DNA from: Bacilli bacterium
Lineage (GTDB): Bacteria; Bacillota_I; Bacilli_A; RFN20; CAG-826
Assembly (NCBI GenBank): GCA_041654095.1
Contig: JBAZED010000007.1
Location: 585 to 64,584 of the forward strand
Direction: 5' to 3'
Length of the DNA stretch: 64,000 nucleotides
The notes beneath the pieces were generated by a model. That model saw only the letters and a list, made by a program, of their open reading frames with translations, was not told the origin of the DNA and ran no database searches. Position numbers and translations under genes: made by a program. Shown here piece after piece: positions 27,672 through 38,717 of the stretch; within the stretch, counting starts at the first letter, position 1, and every line of letters starts with the position of its first letter.

Positions 27672-28786
27672 ATGCCGAGAATTGAATTAACTAACGTTAC
27701 CAAAAAATGGGGCAAATTCATTGCCGTCGACCACTTGAGCATGGTCATCGAAGACCGTGAATTTGTGACGCTACTTGGTCCTTCTGGATGCGGTAAGACG
27801 ACGACACTGCGCATGATCGCTGGTCTTGAGACGCCGACCGAAGGCAAGATTATCATCGGCGATCGCGTCGTCTTTGATAGCGATAAAGGAATTAACATTT
27901 CCGCCGCGAACCGCAATGTCGGTTTCCTCTTCCAAAATTACGCGCTTTGGCCGCATATGACGTCTACAAGAATATCTCGTTCGGCCTTGAAAACCTCAAA
28001 TGGAAGAAAGAAGAAATCGCCGCTCGCGTTGATGAGGTTATGAAAACGCTTCAGATTTCCGAATTTAAAGATCGCTACCCCAGCGAATTAAGCGGTGGTC
28101 AACAGCAGCGGGTCGCCATCGCCCGGACTCTCGCTCCGAATCCGATGGTTTTGTTCATGGATGAGCCTCTTTCAAATCTCGATGCGAAGTTGAGAGGCGA
28201 GATGCGGACGGAATTAAAGCGCCTCCACCGCGACACCGATTCGACTTTTGTCTATGTGACGCACGATCAATTGGAAGCTATGACCCTAGCGAGCAGAACT
28301 TGCCTGATCAACAAAGGTCTGATGCAACAGTATGACAAGCCCCTCTTCGTCTACAATAATCCCAGCAACCTTTTCGTGGCCGATTTTGTCGGTAGCCCAA
28401 CGATGAATTTCATCAAGGCAAAAGCCGCGAAGGTGTCGGAGAAAGTGTTGAATCTCGAATTCCTTAATTACAAAGTCAAATATACGAGCGAGAAACCGAT
28501 CAACTTGACTTCGGAAAATGTCATCGTCGGCATTCGCCCCGAATTCCTGCACATCAAAGAAGATGGCGCGATTGATGGCCTCGCATATTCAACCCTTCCG
28601 TCAGGAATGGAGACGACAGTCAAAATCAATTTAAACGATACGATTCTCTCGGCCGTGCAGTTCGGTTCAGTCGACTACGCCTTTGACCAGAAAATAAAGT
28701 TTGACATCATCGGCAAGCGCGTCGTCCTCTTTGACGAAGAATCAAAATTGAACATCGCTTTAGGCTCCTGCGAAGTCATCAAATAA
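27672..28786 (+). CDS. ABC transporter ATP-binding protein (PotA/FbpC/MalK-like with C-terminal TOBE domain), frameshifted
   Basis: Walker A GPSGCGKTT, Q-loop FQNYALWPHMT, then the frame breaks. The rest (VYKNISFGLE…LSGGQQQRVAIARTL…LFMDEPLSNLD…VTHDQ) is in the +2 frame from 27947. A single missing G after ATGACG (~27962) restores WPHMTVYKNISFGL. Confidence 0.8.
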
Positions 28787-28843
28787 ATATCCAGCAAGCT
28801 TCCCGTTTCAATTGTCGACCGCTTTTGTTATATTGATTGGACT

Positions 28844-29779
28844 ATGAACAAAAAAGAATATATCCCTCCTGCCGTTGTTGAAAAACCTGAAAAAAAACTG
28901 CCGAAACCGTATTTAATTACGCGAATTGGGGCTTCTTTCTTGGATTTTCTAATGATATTTATCATCTTTGCTGGTTTCGAAGCGCTGACGTATTTCACGC
29001 TTTTTGAACCCCTCGGCTACCACGCCTTAATCGATGAAGCACACCAAGTTTTATCGGACTCGCACCTTTACTCTTACGACAGCGCGAAGGGATACTCGAC
29101 GATCACCGAGGCATATAACGAAGATCTGACGCCGGAAGAGAACTATGACGTTCCCATCGTCTATTACTACTCCCAAGATGCGCGCGCTCTTCAAAACGAC
29201 CGCCTCGCTCTTTACTACAACGAGAAAACGACATCTACCTATTTCGTTGAAGAAAGTGAAGGCATCTTTGCGAGGGCCGGCAATGCCACAGACGACGAGA
29301 TAAGAACCTTCTTAGCGAGCGAATACGATAAGGCCATTGCTTTTTTAGAAGATGACCCCGTTTACCTTAACGGAATTCAGAAATCATTCTACATCGTCAT
29401 TTTTTCGGTTCTGATTAACGCGACGCTGGCGACCGGCATCATTCATCTCCTCATCCCTATGCTGATGAAAAATGGTCAGACGCCCTTTAAACTGGTTTTT
29501 AAATTAGCCCTCGTCGACAACCGCGATGAAACGCGCGCCAAGCGGTGGCAAATCGTCGTTCGCTTTTCGATTTTAATATCATTTAACATATGGATTCCCA
29601 TCCTTCTGTTTGCCAAATTTACGTATTTTACATTGATCCCGGTATTTGCCACCATCATCATGATGTCGCTGACGAAAACGTATAGCGGGCCACACGATTA
29701 CTTTTCCAAAACGTACATCGTCTCATCGCGCGACATCACGATTCCGGAGTCGCAGTCGATTATTGAATCTGATTCCTAA
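28844..29779 (+). CDS. RDD-family membrane protein (putative)
   Basis: RIGASFLDFLMIFIIF motif near the N-terminal TM and a C-terminal TM pair. Weak family assignment. Confidence 0.45.
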   Translation: MNKKEYIPPAVVEKPEKKLPKPYLITRIGASFLDFLMIFIIFAGFEALTYFTLFEPLGYHALIDEAHQVLSDSHLYSYDSAKGYSTITEAYNEDLTPEENYDVPIVYYYSQDARALQNDRLALYYNEKTTSTYFVEESEGIFARAGNATDDEIRTFLASEYDKAIAFLEDDPVYLNGIQKSFYIVIFSVLINATLATGIIHLLIPMLMKNGQTPFKLVFKLALVDNRDETRAKRWQIVVRFSILISFNIWIPILLFAKFTYFTLIPVFATIIMMSLTKTYSGPHDYFSKTYIVSSRDITIPESQSIIESDS

Positions 29780-29796
29780 ATTGAGGTTACAAGAAA

Positions 29797-30543
29797 ATGT
29801 TTCTAAAATTTGCCACCATCGATAATATCCGCGATCTGGGCGGCGTCACAACAGCCGATGGCCGAACTGTCGTTTTTAAACGCTTGCTACGCAGCAGCGA
29901 TTTGCATCGCCTTTCGCAAAGCGAACTCAGCGTTTTGAAGAAGGAATATAATCTCAAAGTCGTCATCGATTTTCGATCGACGAAATCAACGGTGAGCCGA
30001 AAAGACCGCCTCGACCAAACAATAAAGTATTATCACAAGTACACTTTGGCGTTTCTCGAGGAAAACTCGCTGACGCGGGAAACGAAGATGGACACGGATG
30101 AATTCTTTCTCAAAGTCTATCGCTCCCTGGCGCTATGCGATGAGGCGATTGAAGCGTATCGGCGTTTCTTCCGCATTGTTATCGAAAATGAAGAAGGCGC
30201 GATTTTATGGCATTGCACATCAGGAAAGGATCGGACTGGCATCGCCGCGGCTCTCTTGCTCAAAGTCTTGGGCTGCGATATGAATACGATTTATCAGGAG
30301 CATTTTCGGACGAATGAAGTAACGCTGCCCATCCTCGCCGCAAAGCTTAAAGAAGTCAATCCCGGCGACCATGAGCTAATTAAATATTACCGAGCTTTTT
30401 ATACTGCTAAAAAAGAGTATATCGACGCCTACTTCTCGGCCGTGCTCGAAAAATGTGATACGGTTGATGAATATATCGCGAAAGAATTGAATGTTTCAGG
30501 ACAAGAGAAGGAAGTTTTGCGGACGCGATATCTCCAAAAATAG
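29797..30543 (+). CDS. Protein tyrosine/serine phosphatase (Y_phosphatase3/IphP-like)
   Basis: NIRDLGG near the N-terminus and P-loop HCTSGKDRTG. Confidence 0.7.
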   Translation: MFLKFATIDNIRDLGGVTTADGRTVVFKRLLRSSDLHRLSQSELSVLKKEYNLKVVIDFRSTKSTVSRKDRLDQTIKYYHKYTLAFLEENSLTRETKMDTDEFFLKVYRSLALCDEAIEAYRRFFRIVIENEEGAILWHCTSGKDRTGIAAALLLKVLGCDMNTIYQEHFRTNEVTLPILAAKLKEVNPGDHELIKYYRAFYTAKKEYIDAYFSAVLEKCDTVDEYIAKELNVSGQEKEVLRTRYLQK

Positions 30544-30709
30544 GCTGTTTTAATAATAAACGACGCAATTTCTGATAATCAGGGGTGAAAATCATCCAAA
30601 ATGCAAAACGAATCTGAAAATAGGTGTACAATTAATTTGAAAAAAATATTCATTGAATTGTATGATGGTTTAACACCTTTTATATTTCGCGCTTGAGGAG
30701 GGCGACATT

Positions 30710-31585
30710 ATGAACAACTGCATCGTGAGGATAAACGAATCACTCGATTCATTTTCGAAGCAAGTCGCCAAGGTTGCGCGCTACGTTTTAAACCACCAAG
30801 ATGAAGTCATCCAGATGACGATCAGCGAACTTGCCAAGAAGAGCAAGAGTTCAACCGCGACGATCGTTCGCTTTGCGACGATATTGGGATTCAGAGGATA
30901 TCGCGATTTCATCAAGAATCTCTACCATGATGTCGTCAGCAATTCGATCGGTGAAGACAACGTCTACGAACTCGATGACAAATTGACGCAAGAATCGACC
31001 ATCAAACAGACCGTCGAACTCGTCAGTCGATTGAACATCGAGGCTTTGACTAACACCTTAAAAATTATCGATGACAAATGCGTTGAACGCGCCGTGAACG
31101 CCATCAACACCGCCAACCGCCTCTGCATTTACGCTCTTAGCGGTTCGACGGTTGTCGCCGAGGATGCCCTCTTTAAATTTGATCGCCTCGGAATCAACTG
31201 CCGCATCTACGATACTCCCCACTCGCAGATTCTCTCAGCTTCTAACTTGAATCCCGAGGATGTCGCCTTGTTTCTTTCTTATTCCGGCGAGACAAAAGAT
31301 ATTATTGCCGCCGCTGAAATTGCTGCCGATCGGCAAGTCAAAACTATTTCGATAACGAAATTTGGCGAAAACACCCTCACCAAGACATGCGGAATCAACA
31401 TTCAGCACTCTTCATTAGGAAAAGGATTTAGAAGCTTCTCCACTCGCTCTCGCGTCGTGCAGTCAAACATCATCGATATTTTATTCGTCGCCTTGTCTCA
31501 GCGCCGGAGTGAGCATCTCAAGAAATATTACGAACTGTTTAATTACCCCGTGCCAAAACCGGAAGGCAAGAAGAAAAAGAAATAG
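30710..31585 (+). CDS. RpiR/MurR family transcriptional regulator (HTH_6 + SIS)
   Basis: N-terminal HTH (ISELAKKSKSSTATIVRFATILGFRGYRDF) and a SIS domain (ALSGSTVVAEDALFKFDRLG). Confidence 0.8.
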   Translation: MNNCIVRINESLDSFSKQVAKVARYVLNHQDEVIQMTISELAKKSKSSTATIVRFATILGFRGYRDFIKNLYHDVVSNSIGEDNVYELDDKLTQESTIKQTVELVSRLNIEALTNTLKIIDDKCVERAVNAINTANRLCIYALSGSTVVAEDALFKFDRLGINCRIYDTPHSQILSASNLNPEDVALFLSYSGETKDIIAAAEIAADRQVKTISITKFGENTLTKTCGINIQHSSLGKGFRSFSTRSRVVQSNIIDILFVALSQRRSEHLKKYYELFNYPVPKPEGKKKKK

Positions 31586-31643
31586 TCTACTATTATGCTA
31601 AAGGTCGTATAAACGGCCCTTTGATTTAGGAAAAACGCGAATT

Positions 31644-31672
31644 AAAAAAGCCACCGAAGTGGCTTTGTTTGT
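31644..31672. terminator. Bidirectional terminator (rpiR / csp)
   Basis: AAAAAAGCCAC-cgaa-GTGGCTTTGTTTG. Confidence 0.65.
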
Positions 31673-31691
31673 GTCTATAAAGTTTTAACGA

Positions 31692-31889
31692 TTATAGCTT
31701 AACAACTTTGGAAGCTCTGAGTCCGCGTTCGGAATCTTGCGCTTCGAATTCAACACTTGCGCCGACATCAATGGTCTTGAATGAACCCATTTGAAGTGCG
31801 GAGTAATGGAAGAAGACGTCTTTGCCATCTTCACCAGTTATGAAACCATAACCTTTTTCCTTGTTGAAGCTTTTAACTTTTCCCAGCAT
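31692..31889 (-). CDS. Cold-shock protein (CspA family)
   Basis: MLGKVKSFNKEKGYGFITGEDGKDVFFHYSAL…, with RNP1 (KGYGFI) and RNP2 (VFFHY). Start at the internal Met with an AGAAAGG RBS. Confidence 0.9.
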   Translation of the reverse strand: MLGKVKSFNKEKGYGFITGEDGKDVFFHYSALQMGSFKTIDVGASVEFEAQDSERGLRASKVVKL

Positions 31890-31992
31890 GATAACACCTT
31901 TCTGAATAACATAACGAAGTAAACCTATATTCACCAGTTTACCGCATTAGTGTAGCACTAATTTCATAATAGACAAGAGTTTTGTTTGATTT

Positions 31993-33225
31993 TTATTCAA
32001 CTATTGAAACATCGAGATAATATCCTTGCCAATAATCATTGCTATTCCATAGATAAGGCATAAAAATAGTCGTGATTTGGATAGGCTCGAGGTCGATATA
32101 TTCGGAGAAAGGGCATTGGCCATATTCGTAATCGGAATAAAGCCCGGTGCAATCTTCATTTTTTATAAAGATGGCCTTTGCGGAGCGGGCCCCTTGATAA
32201 GTCGAGTAACTATTTTCGTTAAAGGCATCTTCAATGATGATATATCGACTTTCATCCTTATAATAGTAATTCGCGTAGCCGATGTGGCTATACAACTTTG
32301 TGAATTTGGATGAGTACTCAGGATAAGCCGCGTTCTCATCAACCTCGTATTTGACATCGTAAAGGTCGTTCGCGGTTATCAGCTCGGGTTCGAGTTCAAA
32401 TTCCATTGCCGCGATTGAAGATTTCGCGAGGAATTCCACTCCCGGGCGGAAATTGAACATCGTGATGGCCGCGATTAGGCGATAGGTATTTCCCTTCGAA
32501 AATTGATTGCCGATATATTGATTGCCGTGGACGTAGATGGCGTTATCTCCATCGGCGAAAAGGAGGACGGAATCATCGGCCTTACCATAGCAAACGGCAT
32601 CAAAAGTCACCAGTCTGCCAAAGGCGACACCCTTGCTGTTGAGACCGAGGCGAGCGGCATCAGCGTGAACTGCGGCAATGTTATCGGCCGATTCGGCCAG
32701 CGCGCTTAAATCGACATCGACGGACGACGCGCTTTGATAACTCGTCAACACGACTTCCGCTTCTCCGACATAGGTCGAAGGGTTGCCGATAATTCGATAT
32801 GTACTTCCGATACCGTTTTTTAGCGCTTCATACGTTGCATAATCGACTTTTACATATATGTAGCCAGTGCTGTCGACGAACAAAAGCTTATAGCGATTTC
32901 CATATCCCTCTTGTGTCGTTATGGCATCTAGCCTCGCTAATAACTTACCGGTAAATTCGACCAACTGAGTCGATGTTCCAACGCCTTTTTCGTTGACGAG
33001 TGATGAACACGCCAAAGAGAGGACACGGATTTCGGCGATGGGCAATCGGCTTGGGTCAAGCATTGTGTCACTTGACGAAGAAGTTGTCTCGGTCGCAGTT
33101 GAAGACTCGCCAGTACTATTTGTCGATGATGGAGCATTCGACGTGCCACCAGTATTTGAAGGTCGACAAGACCCCAAAACAGTGGCGGCGGAGACTAATA
33201 GGATGGCGAGGGCCTTAAATTTCAT
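31993..33225 (-). CDS. Hypothetical lipoprotein with Ser/Thr-rich linker
   Basis: Lipobox VLGSCR followed by a low-complexity S/T linker. No catalytic motif recognised. Confidence 0.5.
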   Translation of the reverse strand: MKFKALAILLVSAATVLGSCRPSNTGGTSNAPSSTNSTGESSTATETTSSSSDTMLDPSRLPIAEIRVLSLACSSLVNEKGVGTSTQLVEFTGKLLARLDAITTQEGYGNRYKLLFVDSTGYIYVKVDYATYEALKNGIGSTYRIIGNPSTYVGEAEVVLTSYQSASSVDVDLSALAESADNIAAVHADAARLGLNSKGVAFGRLVTFDAVCYGKADDSVLLFADGDNAIYVHGNQYIGNQFSKGNTYRLIAAITMFNFRPGVEFLAKSSIAAMEFELEPELITANDLYDVKYEVDENAAYPEYSSKFTKLYSHIGYANYYYKDESRYIIIEDAFNENSYSTYQGARSAKAIFIKNEDCTGLYSDYEYGQCPFSEYIDLEPIQITTIFMPYLWNSNDYWQGYYLDVSIVE

Positions 33226-33679
33226 TATTACTACCTTTGTGAAAGTATACTATGTATCGGAGCAAAAAACATCTTTAATTATTCTGAGTTTTTTTCCTCG
33301 CTAATTGCTTTGCAGAACAAATTAAACAGAATAGATATTCGTCTAATATTAGCCTGGTATTCACATCCATCGGTGTGTCAATGCTGACAGGCGACAAAAC
33401 GATAAGCGGAGGCGAAGAAAATATTTTTTTAGCCTTTTAGCCGATGCCATCGGCGGTATTTTTATATTTGCAATTTTTTGAATCAAAATAGCCTTGTTAA
33501 GAGTTAAAAAAGTGCCTATACTATGTAATACGAAGACGCCAAATCTTCATAAGCATAACGACGACACATAGTAGAAAAAACCGATATTAAATGCGTGTTT
33601 TTTTGTGCCCAAAAATCGGGAAAAGTAGTCGTCCACATCACAGCAAAAACCGTTAAAACAATTTAGGGAGGATCGTTTT

Positions 33680-35623
33680 ATGGGAATGTTTAAGACGACT
33701 AATGAGCTAATCGATAAGTTCATCGGCGACGATGACGATAAGCGCGCAGACTACTTAAAACGAGAGAACAGCAACTTCGTCTATTCTCTACCTTTACTAC
33801 GTAAGAATTTGTCCAACCGCGCGGAAGAGGAATATTTACTAACCAAAATTCTTCCGCAAAAACTCGTTGACCTCTATGAAGATGGCATCGTTTACATTCA
33901 TGACAAGCAACTCAGTTCTTATTGTCAATCCATCTCTTGTCGCGATGTGGCGATGCGAGGAATTCCCAGTTTGGCGAAGAACATGTTGGAATCGGATGCC
34001 GCCGCTTCGCTCTTCACTTTGATTCGGCACTTCAGCAATATCGTGACGCTGATGAGCCAACAGGTTTCGGGAGCGGTCATGCTCGCCCAGATGACGACAA
34101 TTATGGCTTCCTACTTATACGATGAAGAATTAAAGGGCATCGACTACTCTGACAAACTCCTCGTTCGCTTGATGTACCAACTCATTTATGAACTCAATCT
34201 CCCCTTGCGAGCCGGATCGGAATCAGCCTTCTCAAACTGCACCCTGGAATTTGGCAAGCCCTCGGAAGACATTAAAGACGAATACGTCGTCATCGGTGGC
34301 GAAGCTCGAGAATATCGCTACTCAGAAATCCCGGTGGAATACTTTGACCGCATCAATGTCGCTTTCATCTCGGCGATGGCGAAAGGGACCAACAAAGGAA
34401 TCCCGCTGACCTTCCCCCTAATCACCGTTCAGATCGACGACAATTTCAATTATCACAACCCCGTCTTCCTTCTCTTATTAGAAAAGATGTACGCCTGGGG
34501 CGGTGTCTATTTTGAGAACTTTCGAACCGAAGCTTTCAACGATCCATATTACAAGAATCTCAACCCATTAATCAAAGCGAAAGATCCGGCCGTTTCGAGA
34601 AGTTTGTGCTGCCGCTTAAATATCAACCTCGGTCTCCTATCGCGCCTCGGCGGTGGAATTTTCGGATCATCAGTTGGAAACGTCGGAGCCATTCAAGTTT
34701 TAAACTTAAACATGAACCGGATGCTGATTGAATTCGGCCACGATGAGCAGCTTTTGAAAGACAAGATTCGCGAGTATATGGAAGTTATGGAAGAAGGCCA
34801 CCTCGCCAAGAGAAAATGGGTCGAAGATCACAAAGAACTCTATCCGACTTTCTTCACATTTAATAAAAACCTTAAAAATTACTTTAACGTCTTTGCCGTC
34901 ACCGGCATGCACGAAGGGCTGATCAATACTGGTTTTCCGCTTGGCATGAACGACCCCCAAGGCAAGATGTACGCTCATGAACTCATGCAATATTTATCGA
35001 ACATCGTCGACGACTTTATCGTCCGCGACCGCGTGGCGTGTGGAATCGAATACGCCCCCGCGGAAAACGCCGGCATCAAATTAGCCCGCAACGATGTTAG
35101 ATGGGCCGAAAAGCAAGGCCGAAAAATCTTCGTTCAAGGCGAAAGCGATAACGTTTTTCTCACTTCGGGTTGCATGCTGCCGTTCAGCGAGCCAGATTTC
35201 ACCAAGCAGATCGAAAATGCTGCCGAGTTCCAAGGCTATGCGACGTCCGGTTCGATCCTCCACCATTTCATCGAGTCGAAAATTGAACCTGTGATTTTGG
35301 CACAATACATCGAAAGACTCTTCCGCAAGCCCATTAACTACATCACCCTTTCGCCGACCGTCAGCAGCTGCTTGTCTTGCGGACAAACGCTGGCGGCAAC
35401 TGATGCATTAAACATCACTGAATGCCCGAATTGCCACAGCACTGATATCGGAACGTATAGCCGTGTCATCGGCTATGTCCGCATGATTGCTCGCAAGAAT
35501 ATCAAGATCAATGAAAAGGGCTATTACAAAGGCGATTATAACTTCTGGAGTAAAGCTCGGCGTTTCGACTGGGCGCAGCGTCGGCGTTTCCATGAAAGCG
35601 ACACCGATGATTCGCTACTATAA
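33680..35623 (+). CDS. nrdD: Anaerobic ribonucleoside-triphosphate reductase (class III, NrdD)
   Basis: 647 aa. C-terminal Zn ribbon (CLSCGQ…CPNCHS) and glycyl-radical motif RVIGYVRM. Followed by an overlapping radical-SAM activase. Confidence 0.85.
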   Translation: MGMFKTTNELIDKFIGDDDDKRADYLKRENSNFVYSLPLLRKNLSNRAEEEYLLTKILPQKLVDLYEDGIVYIHDKQLSSYCQSISCRDVAMRGIPSLAKNMLESDAAASLFTLIRHFSNIVTLMSQQVSGAVMLAQMTTIMASYLYDEELKGIDYSDKLLVRLMYQLIYELNLPLRAGSESAFSNCTLEFGKPSEDIKDEYVVIGGEAREYRYSEIPVEYFDRINVAFISAMAKGTNKGIPLTFPLITVQIDDNFNYHNPVFLLLLEKMYAWGGVYFENFRTEAFNDPYYKNLNPLIKAKDPAVSRSLCCRLNINLGLLSRLGGGIFGSSVGNVGAIQVLNLNMNRMLIEFGHDEQLLKDKIREYMEVMEEGHLAKRKWVEDHKELYPTFFTFNKNLKNYFNVFAVTGMHEGLINTGFPLGMNDPQGKMYAHELMQYLSNIVDDFIVRDRVACGIEYAPAENAGIKLARNDVRWAEKQGRKIFVQGESDNVFLTSGCMLPFSEPDFTKQIENAAEFQGYATSGSILHHFIESKIEPVILAQYIERLFRKPINYITLSPTVSSCLSCGQTLAATDALNITECPNCHSTDIGTYSRVIGYVRMIARKNIKINEKGYYKGDYNFWSKARRFDWAQRRRFHESDTDDSLL

Positions 35624-36269
35624 CAATTTGCTATTGACACTTAGCGAAATACCAGGGCATCCCGCCCTTTTAGTCCACGCCTTGACGGGATGCTCTTTTC
35701 ATTGTTTTCATTGTTTCAATTACGAAGAGCTCATTAAAAAGAATCACGAGCGAGCCTATGATATTCGCGATGTCATAAAATACATCGTTCGACAAAGCGA
35801 TTTATTCGAATATATCATCTTCAGCGGTGGCGAATTTTTAAATGCGCCCCTTGAAAATCTAATCGCGGATTTGTCCGCCGTTAAGGAAGTGGCGGACAAG
35901 CCGATTATCATTTATACGAATGGCACGAATTGCGCAAAGATGAAGGCGCTGAATGATATTAATTTGGTCGCTGGTTTTCATATCGACATGAAACTTCCTT
36001 ACCACCTTTTGAGCGCGGATGATTTTGATCTAGCGGAGTTGACGCTCGGCATCAAAGTTTCCGATTGTAAACTTTTTAAGAATTTGATAAAAGCGCTAGA
36101 TTATGTAGTGCAAAGCGATCACGGATATAGCAAAGTTCGAAGCGTTAAATACCCATTTCTCAGCGAGAGCGCGTTCGAAGAAAATCGTTTGTTCATCGCC
36201 TCTCTCAATGAGAAATATCAGAAAGCGGTCCCTTACGAAGTTAACGATTTTATCTATGAACAAGTGTGA
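35607..36269 (+). CDS. nrdG: Anaerobic RNR activating protein (NrdG, radical SAM)
   Basis: CSFHCFHCFN (CxxxCxxC) cluster. Start placed at the ATG overlapping the nrdD 3' end (the ORF frame is open from 35487, so the start is uncertain). Confidence 0.7.
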   Translation: MIRYYNNLLLTLSEIPGHPALLVHALTGCSFHCFHCFNYEELIKKNHERAYDIRDVIKYIVRQSDLFEYIIFSGGEFLNAPLENLIADLSAVKEVADKPIIIYTNGTNCAKMKALNDINLVAGFHIDMKLPYHLLSADDFDLAELTLGIKVSDCKLFKNLIKALDYVVQSDHGYSKVRSVKYPFLSESAFEENRLFIASLNEKYQKAVPYEVNDFIYEQV

Positions 36270-36407
36270 TTTCGGGTCAAAAGCCTAGGAATTGAGGCTT
36301 TTTCCCGCAAATTGCACCACATTAGTCATTAAATTCTAATGCGTTTTTGCATATTTATAAACGCGGTTAGTGTATAATACTTTCGTCTATAAAAAGGAGT
36401 AGCAATT

Positions 36408-37238
36408 ATGGAAAAGGAATGCAATCACGACTGCAGCGACTGCGCTGAAACATGTGACCAGCGAACCGGAGAAACCACCGATTTTTCGGCTAAGCTCAAC
36501 GAGCACAGCAAAGTTAAAAAAGTCATCGGCGTCATGAGCGGCAAAGGCGGAGTCGGAAAATCCATCGTCACCTCGATGCTCGCGGTCTTGATGAAGAGGC
36601 TCAACCACAATGTTGCCGTCTTGGATGCCGACATCACCGGACCATCGATTCCGAAGCTTTTCGGGTTAAAAGAAAAGGCCTATGCGAATGATTTGGGAAT
36701 CGTGCCTTTGACAACTAAAACCGGCATTGACGTGATGTCGATTAACCTCCTCCTTGATAACGTCAGCGATCCCGTTATTTGGCGGGGCCCGCTCATCGGA
36801 AATATGGTTAAGACTTTTTGGTCTGATGTCGTCTGGAAAGACATCGATTTTATGTTTATTGATATGCCCCCGGGAACCGGCGACGTGGCTCTCACGATTT
36901 TCCAATCCTTGCCCATCGATGGCATCATCGTCGTGACCTCACCTCAGGAATTGGCTTCCTTGATCGTCAGCAAGGCGGTCAAGATGGCGCAGATGATGAA
37001 CATCCCGATTATCGGCATCGTCGAAAACATGTCCTATTTCCGCTGTCCGGATAATGGCAAAGACTATGAGATTTTTGGAGCGAGCCACATCGAAGAAATA
37101 GCATCCGAATACAATCTGAAAGTGCTGGCGAAAATACCGATTAACCCTCACCTCTCAAGCCTTTCTGACTTAGGGCTCATTGAATTGTTCAAGGGCGATT
37201 GGCTCGATCAAATTCCTGATCTTCTCGTAAAAATTTAA
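36408..37238 (+). CDS. Mrp/NBP35/ApbC-family Fe-S cluster carrier ATPase
   Basis: N-terminal Cys cluster (CNHDCSDCAETC), deviant Walker A GKGGVGKS, CxxC-type region. Confidence 0.85.
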   Translation: MEKECNHDCSDCAETCDQRTGETTDFSAKLNEHSKVKKVIGVMSGKGGVGKSIVTSMLAVLMKRLNHNVAVLDADITGPSIPKLFGLKEKAYANDLGIVPLTTKTGIDVMSINLLLDNVSDPVIWRGPLIGNMVKTFWSDVVWKDIDFMFIDMPPGTGDVALTIFQSLPIDGIIVVTSPQELASLIVSKAVKMAQMMNIPIIGIVENMSYFRCPDNGKDYEIFGASHIEEIASEYNLKVLAKIPINPHLSSLSDLGLIELFKGDWLDQIPDLLVKI

Positions 37239-37338
37239 AAATCATCGCGCAGAGGCTCGTTAAATACGGGCCTCTTTTTTATAGAAAAAGATACTTTTTA
37301 TTTGTGTTATAATTATAAATACATTTGGAGACATCAAC

Positions 37339-38451
37339 GTGATTTACCTCGATTATAGCGCCACCACGAAAGCCGATTACCGCGTTTTAAATTATTTTAA
37401 TTTAGCGTGTGATAAATACTTTGCCAATGCCAACTCACCCTACAAAATAGGACGGAACAGCCGTTCTGAAATTCGCAAAGCGAATAGAATGATTCTTTCC
37501 CTTCTCCATCTTGATAATTTCGAGGTCATTTATACTAGTTGTGCAACCGAAGCCAACAACTTGGCCATTAAAGGTGTTGTCCAAGCATTGAAAGGCGCAA
37601 AAAAGAGAATTGTCACGTCTGTTTTTGAACACTCTTCGGTCATCGCCCCGATTAACGTCTTACAAAAACAAGGTTATACCGTCAACATCGTCCGCCACGA
37701 CAAAGGCGGCCAAGTCGATTTGCAGCATCTAAAAGAATTGATGGGACCGGATGTCGTTTTGGTTTCGATCGCCTCGGTCAATTCGGAGATTGGCATTCGC
37801 CAGCCGATTGATAAAATCGCCGCCATCGCCCATGAGTCGGGAGCGTATTTTCACTGCGACGTAACTCAGAGCATCGGCAAGGAATTTCTCAATTTCGAAG
37901 CGATTGATTTAATGACCCTCTCCGCTCATAAGTTCTTTGGCTTAAAGGGTATCGGCGCGCTGATCAAGCGGCAAAATGTTGCTTTGGCACCTCAGCTTCA
38001 CGGCGGTAGTTCAACGACCATTTATCGCGCCGGCACTCCGAATACACCGCTCATTCTTTCCTTAAAGAAAGCCTTGAGCCTCGCTTATAAAAATTACGAG
38101 CGCAAATATGCTAAAGTCCAATCGCTAAACCATTATCTCCGCGAACTTCTAAACACAATACCCAACGTCATTATTAATAGTCCCGAGAATGGATTGCCCC
38201 ATATTCTCAATTTCAGTTTAGTGGGACATTTGAGCCAAAAGATTGTCGAAACACTTTCGAAGCAGGAAATCTATGTTTCTAATCACAGCGCTTGCGGTAG
38301 CAGCAACGACAAATCAGCAGCCGTATTAGCGCTTTCCGATAGTGAAGAACGGGCTCTTTCGAGCATTCGCGTCAGCATTTCCCACCTCACGAATAAGCGC
38401 GAAATAAACGGGCTTGTGACCGCCATTGAGAAAGCGAGTCACAAATCGTGA
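37339..38451 (+). CDS. Cysteine desulfurase / class V aminotransferase (NifS/IscS-like)
   Basis: GTG start. PLP-lysine motif SAHKFFGLKG and catalytic Cys in NHSACGSS. Confidence 0.8.
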   Translation: MIYLDYSATTKADYRVLNYFNLACDKYFANANSPYKIGRNSRSEIRKANRMILSLLHLDNFEVIYTSCATEANNLAIKGVVQALKGAKKRIVTSVFEHSSVIAPINVLQKQGYTVNIVRHDKGGQVDLQHLKELMGPDVVLVSIASVNSEIGIRQPIDKIAAIAHESGAYFHCDVTQSIGKEFLNFEAIDLMTLSAHKFFGLKGIGALIKRQNVALAPQLHGGSSTTIYRAGTPNTPLILSLKKALSLAYKNYERKYAKVQSLNHYLRELLNTIPNVIINSPENGLPHILNFSLVGHLSQKIVETLSKQEIYVSNHSACGSSNDKSAAVLALSDSEERALSSIRVSISHLTNKREINGLVTAIEKASHKS

Positions 38452-38717
38452 AAGCCGTCATTATTACGGCGGTGTGGTGCCCATCATGTTTAATCATGTT
38501 CGGCCGCTATCGTGACCTGCGCAGAAAGTATCCAAATATCGGGTTTTTCGAATATGACTATGATCACGATAAAGAAGCCGTCTTGGCCTATGGAGTCGGG
38601 AAAACCCTGCCCGTGTTAATCCTATTCAAAGATGATGCGGAAGCAGCGCGTTTTATCGGCGAAAAGTCCCTCAAGGAAATTGCAGAAAAAATAGAGAATA
38701 TCAAGAATGCTCAATAA
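38448..38717 (+). CDS. Thioredoxin-like protein (WCPSC)
   Basis: 89 aa with a CxxC active site. Overlaps the upstream gene by GTGA. Confidence 0.7.
   Translation: MKAVIITAVWCPSCLIMFGRYRDLRRKYPNIGFFEYDYDHDKEAVLAYGVGKTLPVLILFKDDAEAARFIGEKSLKEIAEKIENIKNAQ

Noticed and set aside
33480-33680. NrdR box upstream of nrdD
   Set aside because: No 16-bp acaCwAtATaTwGtgt-like palindrome found by eye. Only weak partial matches (acacatagtag).
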